NCBI RefSeq assembly: GCF_009834535.1
Contig: NC_045696.1
Span: 54,934,001 to 54,998,000 of the forward strand
Direction of reading: 5' to 3'
DNA length: 64,000 nucleotides
Origin: Camelus ferus
Lineage: Eukaryota
A model generated the notes under the pieces. The model was not told where the DNA came from. It saw nothing but the letters and a program-made list of their open reading frames with translations, and searched no databases. Shown here in pieces: positions 38,401-49,581 of the stretch. Position numbers and translations under genes: made by a program. Within the stretch, counting starts at the first letter, position 1; every line of letters begins with the position of its first letter.

Positions 38401-38830
38401 ACATGATCCTTTCCGATTTCCCCAACCTTGATAGTTTCCTCACCCACATGCACCAGTCAGCACTCAACTGAAGACTCTGGAGGAATCCTGTGCAAATCTC
38501 TGGAGCACTCTTTTCCTGTGCAATTTTCTTTTCTCCAGTATTCTTCCCTGTGAATTTCAGCACCTTGGCCTTACATCTGAATTCTGTCTTGTAAACCAGT
38601 GGGCTTATTTTGACTTCCTACTCCCTACTCTGCAGCCTGGAAATCCTCTCCCATCATTAAACTGAAGGTACTCATACAGCTCACCTTATTTGATACTCTT
38701 TTCTCACATCTCACTATCTTTTACTGCCTGTTGTCCGGTGTTTGAAAAATCATTGTTTTATATATCTTGTTCACTTTCCTAATTCTTTAGGGTAAGAGAT
38801 TCAGTTTCTGTTCTCTTGAACAAAAGCAAA
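35430..38830 (-). mobile_element. Old L1 5' region with ORF1 remnants (host of a younger L1)
   Basis: ORF 37757-37996(-) resembles the L1 ORF1p coiled coil (KIKHTLDGFNGRIDIVGEK...LKDMAIETIQNDIQRE). There is antisense ORF2 endonuclease-region text around 35800-36250. Confidence 0.75.
36734..37498 (-). mobile_element. Young 5'-truncated L1 (ORF2 C-terminus, 3'UTR, poly-A) with a TSD
   Basis: ORF 37064-37453(-) is L1 ORF2p ([14 protein letters not shown]...YDPAIPLL...TWMALENVIL). Flanked by tgatttacat (36724-36733) and tgatttatat (37499-37508). Confidence 0.92.
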
Positions 38831-40000
38831 AGTCTTAAATTTTGTTATCCTATATATAATTATTTTTAACAACTGGATTTAAGGCTACATGTATCCTCTA
38901 AATTGAAGCTTCATCCCACAGGTATGATCATTATTTCTAAGTATTTTGTTATTTACATTAGGATTTCCTATTTGAGTCATAAACTATGTAAAAGCATGTC
39001 TTTAGATTCCAAACTTATCAGATTTTACTGAGCAACTTTGATTACTATTTCTAATCATAATGCATTTTTAAAAGAATTTGGTGTGTATGATATTATTTAT
39101 TTTATATTATTAAAAGTTTTATTATTTATGGCCTAATGTGTACTCAGTTTTATATGTGCTTAAAGATAATGCTTATTCTCTATTTCAGGAAAATTTTTTA
39201 TGAAAATCAATTGTATTAAGCTTGATAATTGTGTTGTTCAATTTTTCTGCATTTTCACTAATTTTCTTTTTGCATGATTCATCAGATTCTGACATGTTTA
39301 TTAAGAGTTTACAATATGGTAAGAATTTCGTCAAACTCTCCTTGAAAGTCTTAGCTTTTTGGTTTTGCTTAATATGTTTCAAGTCTATAGTACTAAAGGT
39401 ATGAAGTTCATGACTGTTCATAGATTTTTACAAGTTTTTCTATTTACCATTAAGCATAATTATTTTGCCTGCATCTATGACTTCCTAGTATTAACATATC
39501 TATATATCTTTTTAAATATAGCATTTTAAAATTAAACTAATGTTTAAAAATAAAGACGTGGCCATAATATTCTATTCTGGTTTCATTTTATTGTGTAGTA
39601 GGAAAAGAAGTATGGATTTGTAAATAGTTTTACAATAAAATGTACATGAGAATAAAATAAAATTAAAGCTATTAAAGTGCTTTTGTAAGGATAAAAATAC
39701 TCTATAAACACTATCATTGGTTCTGAGTTTGTCACTCTTCTTTAGCCATCAAAAACACAAAATCCACTCTCTATTGGAAGTGGAAGCAAAATGGAGTAAT
39801 CGATCTACTAAAAATTTTAAAAAGTCCATTCCCAAAACTAAAAAGTGCTACAACAACTACATAAGTTCATGGATGAAGCAATTAAGGGTTAAATTAAAGA
39901 GGATGGATTGACTGAACGCTCTCACTTTCTTAATATATCTTTCATTTTTGTAAGGATCTATGTAACAGGGTGTTTTGTCATTATTAATCATCTGCTCATC

Positions 40001-40366
40001 TGTGTCTTAATCAGTTCATTAACAAATACTACGGATTGGGTGGCTTAAACAACAGAAATTTGTTTCTTACCATTCTAGAGGCTGGGAAGTCTGAGACCAG
40101 GTTGTCAGCATGGTGGGGTCCTTGGTGAAGGCTCTCTTCCTGGTTTGCGGATGGTCACCTTCTTACTATATCCTTCCATGGCAGAGAGCAGAGAGAGGAA
40201 GCGAGCTCTCCTGTGTCTCTTCTTATAAGACCTCTAAGCCTTTCGTGAGGGCCCACTTTCATGACATAGTTACCTCTCAAAGACCCCATCTCCAAATATC
40301 ATCATACTGGAGATTAAGGTTTGAAAATATGAATTTTGAGAAGACACAAATATTTAATCCATAGCA
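40001..40366 (-). mobile_element. MaLR solo LTR (MLT1A-like)
   Basis: 'gggtggcttaaacaacagaaatttgtttcttaccattctagaggctgggaagtctgaga...gacacaaatatttaatccatagca'. Confidence 0.85.
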
Positions 40367-41157
40367 ATATACTTTGGCTATTTTTATTAGTGTGTTCATC
40401 TATTTTGTTACTAAATGCCAAAATATTTTATATAGTAATCTCATTAAATTCTACATGCATTCTATCATTTTAAAATTTTCATTTTAATACTGATGACTTT
40501 ACAGTACATGCCAATTTTAATGGTTATTTATGCAGAATATCAATATAACTCTAGAATTTATTGTCTTTCTTTTATACATTCAGTATTTTCCCTAAATCCC
40601 TCACCTTCACTTTTTCTAGGCATTTTATGGTTGGTCTCCTTTTTTGTTTTAACTACTTAATTATCTAGAATGTACCATTTCCCAAATACATCTTACTTTC
40701 TGTAAGCAAGCTTCTTAATGTGAACTGTGTCACATTCTGTATATAAATGTGGTTGGGTCTATCTTTATGCTTTCTACTTGGTACAATTAATCAGTCAGTT
40801 CTTATTCCATACCAAACTATTTTAATGACTTTGGCATTCTAATACCATTTCAATATTAACCAGTACAAACCACTTCTCATTATTCTTTTATTTTCAGAAT
40901 TTGTGGGATGTTATAATCATTAATTTTTCAAGATGACCTTTAGAAACATCTTAAAAACCGTTCAAAAACATCCGTTGATATTTTGACTGGAATTATATCA
41001 TATTATAAATTGTGCTATATGGAGAATTAATATTTTTAGTATTGAGTCTTGGTATTTGCCTCTATATACTCATTATTTTTAGTAGGTTTTTTTGCACTTA
41101 TCTTACATTTCTTATTAGGTTCATTTGTACATATTTTATATTTACTGTTGCTGATTA

Positions 41158-41250
41158 GCAGGATGACCATATAATTTTTTATTCCAACCAGTAGACCTTA
41201 ATGGTGAAAGGGAACACTATTAATAATAACACGTATAAACTGGATCTTGT
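41158..41250. mobile_element. hAT-Blackjack MITE remnant (MER94/MER81-like)
   Basis: 'caggatgaccatataatttttt...gtgaaagggaacactattaataataac'. Confidence 0.55.
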
Positions 41251-41296
41251 ACTATAATATACATATATTAGTATGATTTTAAAAATTTCACTAGTG

Positions 41297-41590
41297 AGGT
41301 TTTTTATTGAAGTATATAGTTGATTTATAATATATTAGTTTTGAGTGTACAGCATATTGATTCAGTATTTTTACAGTTTATCCTCCATTAAAAGTTAGTA
41401 TAAGATAATGACTATCCTTCCCTGTGCCAAACAATAGATCTTTGTTGCTTATCTATTTTATACATAGGAGTTTTATTTCTTAATCTCATACCCCTAACGT
41501 ACCCCTCTCCCCTACCCCTCCTCACTGGTAACCACTATTTTGTTTTCTATATCTGTGAGTCTGTTTCTGTTTTGCTATATACATTCGTAA
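41297..41590 (-). mobile_element. L1 3' end (older cetartiodactyl type)
   Basis: 'ttttattgaagtatatagttgatttataatat...ggtaaccactattttgttttctatatctgtgagtctgtttctg'. Confidence 0.82.
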
Positions 41591-41979
41591 ATCAAATTTT
41601 ATTTTTTTTATTAGTTTAATGCAACTAAACAGCAATGGTGTATATGTACATACATAGTTTTTAAATAAGCCAGCCTTTCCACCTTTATCATTAAATGCAG
41701 TAATTTATAGTGACTTCTCTTATTTTCTCAGATTGTCAAATATGTCATTTACATAATAATGACAACTTTGATACTACCTCATAATAGTTACATCCCTAAT
41801 TTATTTTTCCTAAGTTATTGCATGTATAAGACTTCCAGAAAAGTATTAACTACTAGTAGCAAAGGAAGGTATTTTTGTTGGTTCCTGACATTATTGGGAT
41901 CACCACTAGCACAAAATCATTTTGATGTTAATGATAGTTATTTCATGTTAAGGGGCTATCCTTCCCAATTTTTTTGTAA

Positions 41980-43404
41980 ATAACACTTTAAGTATAACAG
42001 GCATTAAACATAATACATGAAATTGTACATGGATAGCTCAGTAAAATTTTACATCTGTGTAATCAGCACCAGAACAAGATAGAGAATATTTCCAATTGTC
42101 TAGAAGTATCTTGGTGCCCCCATAGAATTAGTATAGTCTCACACAAAGGAAATAAATATTCTCATATATAATAGCATATATTAATTTCTGGTTTTAAAAT
42201 AGATACACCCACATACAGACACACCTTTTTTCCCATATGTATTACTTTGTGTCTTGATTATTGATGATCATACTTACCTACTGTATTAATGTACCTCAGC
42301 TTATTTATTCATTCTTTTCTCTTTATGCCCCTTCAGGTTGTTTCCTGTTAGTTTAGGTCTATTACCAATACTGCTTCTATGATGTTCCTCTACACGTCTT
42401 TTTATGAACATACACAGTTCTGTTTTAAATACACACAGGAATTTAATTACTGGGTGATAGAGTATATATGTGTTCAGCTTTAGTTGATACTATCAAATAG
42501 TTTTCCAAAATGGTTGTATCAACACTCACAAGCAATATGAGTGTGACAGCTATTTCACATCCTTAACTTCATTTATTTTAATTTATTAAATTCTTTTTAA
42601 TTCTAGCCATTCAGGTAAGCATGTTGAAATACATCACTGTAAATTTTAACTTGCAATACCCAGATAAGAAATGAGGTTGAACTCCTTTTTCGTATATTAA
42701 TTTGCCACTGGGAATATCACCTTTAGTGAAGTGCCTGTTTAAGTTGTTTGTCCAATTTTAAAATCAGTTTCTAACTTTTTCTTATAGATTTTCTCAGGTT
42801 CTTCACGTATTTTTGGATATGACTTACTTAAATATATTTTTGTATCAAGTATCTTCCATTCTGTAGTTTATCCCACAATCTTTAAAGGTTTTTGGTATGT
42901 TATGATGAACAAAGTATCTTAATTTTGATAGTACAAATAATCAAATTGACTTTTTTTTATGACTAGTGCTTTAAGTCTCACTTAGTTGCATGAAGACATT
43001 CTCCTGTGATTTTTTTCCTGCACACTTTAATTTTTAGCCTCTATATTCAGCTCCTTCACATTCCATCTGGAATTGAATGTTTTGTATGGTCTGAATTTGG
43101 ATGTCAAGATTCATTTTTTTCCATATGGATATCTAAGTGGTTCAACACCATTTTTGAAAAGATACACTTTCACAAACTCATTATAATGCCAACTTTATCA
43201 TCATAAGTCAAGCGCTTATATATATGTGGGTTGATTTCTAGACTCCTCTTTCTATTTCAACGGTCTATTTACCTATTCTTACACCAATACTATAATAATT
43301 TAATTACTACAACTTTAAAGTAGGTCTTGATATCTGCCTGTATACATCCTTAAGTTTTTATTTTTCATGATTGTCTTGAATATACTTGTCCCTTTTCATT
43401 TCTG
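41980..43404 (-). mobile_element. Old L1 (L1ME-like) 3'UTR and ORF2 end
   Basis: Antisense L1 text: 'cagctttagttgatactatcaaatagttttccaaaatggttgta', 'ccatatggatatctaagtggttcaacacca', 'tactacaactttaaagtaggtcttgatatc'. Confidence 0.75.
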
Positions 43405-43406
43405 TG

Positions 43407-43836
43407 TGTGGTGAATACTATGAAGTCTTTCTTAGATCCCCTTTCATTGGAGGAAAAGTCTTGCCTTGAGGAAAGACTCAGTTTTTACACCCCTTGGGGG
43501 ATTACTTCAACTGAAGAGATACATCTCACCCAGGGTCATGCCCATTTCCTAAGGGTAATCATATCTAATGACTCACCATTGTAAGGTATAAATATCTGAC
43601 TCCTTTCCTCAAACTCAAGACCAAGTGAAGGGTTATCTCAGCTTCAGAGATACTCATTGAGAATTCATTCTCAAAAGTTCTCTGTTGAGACTACATTTCA
43701 GTTCAACTTCTTTTTATCTAATTCTGCTTTTGGGCCCTCCCTTCCTTAGATGTCACTCTCCAGAACATTCCTAAGAAATCTCCTGCTGCTCATCTCCATC
43801 TCAGAATGTGCTTCCTTGGAAATTCAATCTGTGACA
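43407..43836 (+). mobile_element. 5' LTR of an ERVL provirus (LTR16-like)
   Basis: TG...CA ends. The 3' end 'ctccatctcagaatgtgcttccttggaaattcaatctgtgaca' is directly followed by a PBS-like sequence. Confidence 0.78.
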
Positions 43837-46000
43837 ATTGGTGCCTGGAGTGGTCCAAGAAAGTAGACTGGATCATCCATCATCTGGCTGGTGATGAAAA
43901 ACTGATAACTTCTTAAGGTGGAGTACTGACAGTCCCACTACAGGGTAGCAGTGCAATTGTTAAAATCTTTACCAGTGGTGACCTGGGATGATATACTGGT
44001 AACAGTGAATACACTAGCAGTATAATGCATCAGGACTTTAAGTAACGTGTGGGATATAATAACTGTAAGGACAGTGGAATTGAGTGACTGTTGCTAAACT
44101 CAACTGAAGACAATGAAAAGCTAAAAGTGATTAATCACAGCTAAAAGCTAAGAGCCTCCTTGGTAGTTTAAAAAACAGGACAGCAGAAAAAGATGAGAAC
44201 TTACCCAGAACTTAATCACAAGAGCAGCAGAGCCTCCAGAGGGTAAGCTCTCAGCCCGAGTAAGCCTGCTGGTCCAAGGTCTAGACCCTGGCTCGGGGAT
44301 TTCAGGACCATGACACAGGGGGCAGCTAAGTTGAATTACACAGAAACTTTGATTTCCTTGATTCCCTGAACCGCCTGAGCCTACAGAAGTTGCTCACTCC
44401 TCCCTCTTAAGGACTGGTACTCCCTTTTTGTTAAAAAATGATGCAAACCTCCTCCCAAACACACACACAACATATGCCAACTTCAGGATCATCCCCAACT
44501 CTTCTCCTGGCCACTAGGCTAATAACTAGAGTTACATCATAACATAGCCTGACCAGAGATGAGCTAAGTCTGATTATGTAGGAAAAGGTCTACATGCTAA
44601 AAGGTCTACAGGACCTAACCTGCATGTACTGGCAAAGACTGGGAGAATCTGTATGAGACTGGATTCTGAAGGATCTTGATCAAGGGCTGTGGAACAGAAG
44701 GTTTGATAATTAAAAGCCAACCCTGTTTAGAGCACTCTCTCAGGAAATGGGACACACTGGCAAGAATTCCAGAACATGGGCTGAACATGCTGCTAGGATG
44801 GCTGCTAAAAGTTTGAGAAAAGTGATGGTCAGCACAAAGTGAATGCAAAAACTCCAATGCAGACAGTAGAAAAAGGGATTAAAAGACTCAGAGAAGTGGG
44901 CCTGCTAAAGTGGATATACTATTAAAGGTCAGAAAGTCCAGCAGAGGTTCTACTGTACTCTATAGTAGTGCCCAAAGACTGTACCATTTACCAAAGCAAT
45001 AAAGATTCGCCGGGTAAAGAGAGCACCAACGTCGCTAACATTCTCAGTATTGGTTCTCCTCTGTAGGCTGTACCTTATGTAGGAATTACTATACAGATTT
45101 AATGCCAAGAGTATTTATAGGACCCCAAAGCAATGGAAGCCAGGTAGTGGGGCTTAACCATCAGATCCCAGGTGTCTTTCATGAGGTTCAAGGCACAGCT
45201 GAGGGTTCTGACCCACAGAGAGTTACAGTGATTTTTAATAGAATATAGCAACCCCAGAGCAAAATAGATAAGCAGCCAGTAAGGGAACTACTCATTCTAT
45301 GTAATCAAAGAAATCAAAGGAAGGTGAGGACAATCACCAAACAACAGTTTTTGATTCTTTGCCCAGTTTTTGGACGTGAGCCTATTTTCACACCCAGAAT
45401 GCACTATCTCAAGGAAAAGCCAGGTGCCAAGCAAGAAGAATATATGGTATTCTTCACTCAGCAAAACATGTGCAGCCATTCACCCATTCTTTCCCCAAAG
45501 GGGCCTATGACTATTTACTTAAGTTAATATTCATGACCCTGGAGGTAGGAGAGAAATGGCAGAAATTAATGTTTAAATTTAAAACCTAGAATAAAGGGGT
45601 GGTGTTTCCGTAATATATACATTTAACTTATCAGTGTGACTCCTGTAAAAACTGAATGAATCAGAGAAGATGAGAGTAAATTACCAAAAATTCAACTAAG
45701 TAGCTCAGTGTGCAGCTGCTGTGTCCAGCGTGGTGTCTTTGCTACGGAAGCTTAACATGGCCTCAGGTGCCTGGTGTGCAGCCACTGATCAGGTGAACGC
45801 ACTGTTTTATGTCTCTATTTTCAAAAATGAGTTTGAATGCACTTGGAATAGACAAGAATATACATGTCATAATATAGCCTAAAGAGATCAGGACAAGCTG
45901 GACACCATTCAGAACACCACACTCATTTATAATACTGATGACATCATGCTAATCAGGGAGGAAAAATCAAGAAATTGCTGGTGCACTGGAGGCAAGACAA
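43837..46000 (+). mobile_element. ERV-L internal region (ERV3-16A3-like): PBS, decayed gag and decayed RT; truncated, no 3' LTR
   Basis: tggtgcctggagtggt (43839-43854) resembles a tRNA-Leu PBS. Gag-like peptides GESV*DWILKDLDQG, VEKGIKRLREVGLLKWIYY and PFTKAIK. RT-like FNLSV*LL*KLNESEKMRVNYQKFN*VAQCAAAVSSVVSLLRKLNMASGAWCAATDQVNALF and LIYNTDDIMLI (YIDD motif decayed). Confidence 0.85.
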
Positions 46001-46009
46001 AACCCATCA

Positions 46010-47330
46010 ATCCCAGAGACAAAGAAAAGAGAAGAAACAAAAATCAATCTAAGTTATAAATGTACTTTTGAGAGTCAGAAACACAAAACAAGAGGAATAA
46101 TAGTCATCTTACTACTCTGCCTTCAATGGGGGGATATTTTTAATAACTGATCCCATCAGTGCTGTACAGCCTCCAGACTCAGCACTCTGAGGCACATGGG
46201 AATATGGGGTCTAATATAAACTGATTGCTTGAAAGTCTTTATACACAGCTGTTAGAATAGTAAACCTCTCTCCTACACTTGCACATGGATTATTAATCAA
46301 CCCTCATGAAGACATACCATTTGTGAAATTTCAGAACACAGAGATAAAGGACATTCTAAAACTGCAGAAAGAAATCTTAAGGTAATAGGAGTCAGAAAGT
46401 AAACAGTAACTCTTAATGCCAGAAAAAAGTGGAGAAATGTTTTCCAGATTCTCAGGAAAAATAACTTTCAATATAAAATTCTCCATTCAACTGAATTATA
46501 CATAAGTGTGAGGAGAAAATAATATCAATTTCAGATATGCAAGAATCCAAAAATATACCTGTCAAAGACTTTGTCTGGAAGTTCCCAGGACATTTACTTT
46601 AGCAAAACAACAGAGCAAAGCATAGAGGAAGGCATGGATCTGAAAACAAAAATAACATAAAAACTCTTAGGATGACCGTTTGAAGAAAGACAAAAAGCCA
46701 GTACAAATTCCACGAGAAAGAAAGATAAAGAAGGGACGCCACAAGGATGAAGATAATGATGATAATAACAGTGATAAAGTGGAAAAGGACTTATCTAATA
46801 TGTGTGTATATTTAGAACATTTGTTGCTAGCCTTTTGACAAATCTATTTAAATTTTAGGGGAAAACAACATTATTTTTATAGAAAACCAAAGTAAACTGC
46901 ATCCAAGAAAACAACATTTATATGTTAAAGGGGAAAAGTAATCATGGTATACTACTTGGCTTATTAAGGAATTATATTTTCATAGTCATAACATGTAAAT
47001 TCTTTATTTAACCAAATAATAAAAAAATTAGAATATAATAGAAAGATGGGAGAGTAAAAAGAGAATTGATTTCTTAGGTCAAATTAAAGAAAGCCAATAA
47101 GTAATGTCTCAGTTTCATAATTTAAGAAATAAAATTATCAATGTGATATATAGAAATGCATTTAAAATACCGAAAGAAACAGCCTCAAGAAAAGAAAGTG
47201 GTTGACTCTGAGAAATGGGATTAGGAGAATGGAGCAGGAGATCACTACTTTTTGTTATGAATGCTTTTGCGTTATTTGATAGCTCCAAAATATGCATGTA
47301 ATAAATTAATAAAAAATAAAATGGAAGTAA
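46010..47330 (+). mobile_element. HAL1 / old L1 ORF1-containing element
   Basis: 'gtgaaatttcagaacacagagataaagg...aatgccagaaaaaagtggagaaatgttttccagattctcaggaaaaataactttcaa...tcagatatgcaagaa' encodes ORF1p C-terminal motifs (VKFQNT, ARKKWRNVFQILRKNNFQ, SDMQE). No ORF2 follows. Confidence 0.65.
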
Positions 47331-48339
47331 CATGAATTATATATTTAACTGATGTAAATGATTATCACAACTTTACTTGGCTCAGGTTTTTAATTGTGAA
47401 CATTGAAATGTCTCAAGAAAATTTTCAGGGATATGATTTTTCTACTGTCATACGCATTCTCATCTGAACAATTCTCTGTGTCCTTCGGAAGAGAACAAAT
47501 TAGCTAGATAAATCAATATATATTTTATTTTAAGGGGTTAATGTTTGAGAGAAGTTTGAGATCAAACTGATTTTTCTAATTTGTAGGTAATCTGTTTTTG
47601 TCTTTTTGTCTTGTCTGTTCATGTGTAATATATTTTGGCCTTAACGTTTCTGCTATCATTAAAATCATTGACATTTTCAGAAATACATCCTGCCTGTATC
47701 TATGTATCACTCTCTTTTTATTAATTTTCCATAGCACATAGGGATGCAAGTTCAGGACTGCTGCACAAATAGCACTTTTTCGCATTTTCCATCCCCAGGT
47801 ATATTTCTACACTCTTTTAATTCCTCATAATGATCGCAAGTAAGATGGCAAAAGGGGAGAAGATACCTGTGGGTTTTTCAGCCTCTTATCCATAAATATG
47901 GGAAAACTTTATTTTCCTTAGGGGCAGTTCTGTCTTGCTGATGGTTAATTGTCTCAAGTATAAACGTAGTTACAGAAGAAATGCACCTCCTAATTGCTCA
48001 TATAAGACTCTCTTTGCTGGGCTTTTGATCCCTTCCCTCCCTCTCAGTACCAATTCTCTCATTTATATTTTACCCTCTCCGTTTTTACATACACTCTGTC
48101 CTTTCAAGATACAAACATGCATAGATAACACTTCTTCCAGCACTTTGGCAAGAGGTAAGTGTGCTGTTGAAAGGAAATCTATAGCGACTGCTTCTATAAT
48201 GAGAACAATACTTTTGGAAAAAAAAAAAACTTTAGAAAGTACTTCCTAATTTATCTTTTTGGTCAAATTATAAAAATAGATTTAATTAAACCAAGACTGA
48301 TATAAACCCATAAAATTATGTACATAGATCTTGGTAATA

Positions 48340-48660
48340 GTTTGAGACATTACGGGAAACAAGTAGAATATTTGATAAAAGTCAGAGTACTACCATCATT
48401 TTAAAATATAAAAAAGAATTACCCTAGAAACTACAGTACTATAAGCTTAATTTTAGTATCAGGAAAATGCTAACATAATGCAGTAAAAATCTTATTAATT
48501 CTTAACACAGGGGACCAAGAGAAAAAAAAGTACAGAATTGCAATTAACTTGCTTGAGATTATCTAAAATATTTTTATTAAAGTAACAGAGCATCTAGATA
48601 TCTGGGGACTAGCAGTCCTCTTGCTGTCCTAAATAAACCAATATTGGATTAATAAGGTTT
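48340..48660 (+). mobile_element. L3/CR1-type LINE RT fossil
   Basis: Hand translation VLPSF*NIKKNYPRNYSTISLILVSGK and IFFIKVTEHLD resembles the CR1 motifs 'V.PIFKKG.K.DPGNYRPISL....GK' and 'FF..VT..LD'. Confidence 0.55.
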
Positions 48661-48901
48661 TCTCTTAACACAAAAGCAAAGTTGCAAATTCATGGAAGAA
48701 AATGGCATTCTGGGTAACATGGCTTTTTGAACAAAACAATTCTTGTAAGTATAAGAAATATGACTTTGCAATAGGCCTAAATTATTATACAGTTCTGTAC
48801 AAATTACCTCATAGCAAAATGAAAATTTTTGAAATGCAACTACTGTATTATTTAGAAGAAATACCTAACACTGAAGAGTTTTCTAACAATAAGCAATGAT
48901 G

Positions 48902-49099
48902 GGCATATATTGAATAGATAAACAAGATTATACTGTATAGCACAGAGAAATATACACAAGACCTTGTGGTAGCTCACAGTGAAAAAGAATGTGACAAGGA
49001 ATATATGTATGTTCATGACTGAAATTTGTGCTCTACACTGGAAATTGACACAACATTGTAAACTGACTATAACTCAATAAAAAAATGTTTAAAAAAACC
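48902..49099 (+). mobile_element. Young 5'-truncated L1 3' end with a perfect 17-bp TSD
   Basis: aacaataagcaatgatg at 48885-48901 and 49100-49116. Body 'atactgtatagcacagag...gaaattgacacaacattgtaaactgactataactcaataaaaaaa'. Confidence 0.92.
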
Positions 49100-49339
49100 A
49101 ACAATAAGCAATGATGAGTAATCAAAAAATTTTGCTAAGTACGTGAGAGTGAGGTCAGTTAAATAATACCAACCTCTTCAAAACGTATAGGGACAGTCAC
49201 AAATTGGTTTGTTTTTTACTATAATAATTTGAGAGCTACAGATTAAAATATGAATTTTATAAATTTATTATTGGTAGAATTAAAAAATACTTCTATCTTT
49301 CAACATGTTATAAAAGCTTAAAGAAAACAAATTATGGTC

Positions 49340-49581
49340 TATAGCTCTGCTAACCCTAAAAGAGTAGCTACTAGCCACATGTGGCTACTGAACACTTGAA
49401 ATGTGGCTAGACAAAATAGACTACTGAGGGTGTAAAATATATACTGGATTTCAAAGACTTTGTACAAAAAATAATGTAAAATATCTTACATGCAAGTTGT
49501 ATATAGATTATTTGTTGAAGTGAATTTTTTATATATTGTGTTAAATAAAATATATTAGTAAGACTTATTTCTCCAGTTTCA
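49340..49581. mobile_element. MER33/MER3-like hAT-Charlie element
   Basis: 'tagctactagccacatgtggctactgaacacttgaaatgtggctag...gtgtaaaatatatactggatttcaaagactt'. Confidence 0.8.
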
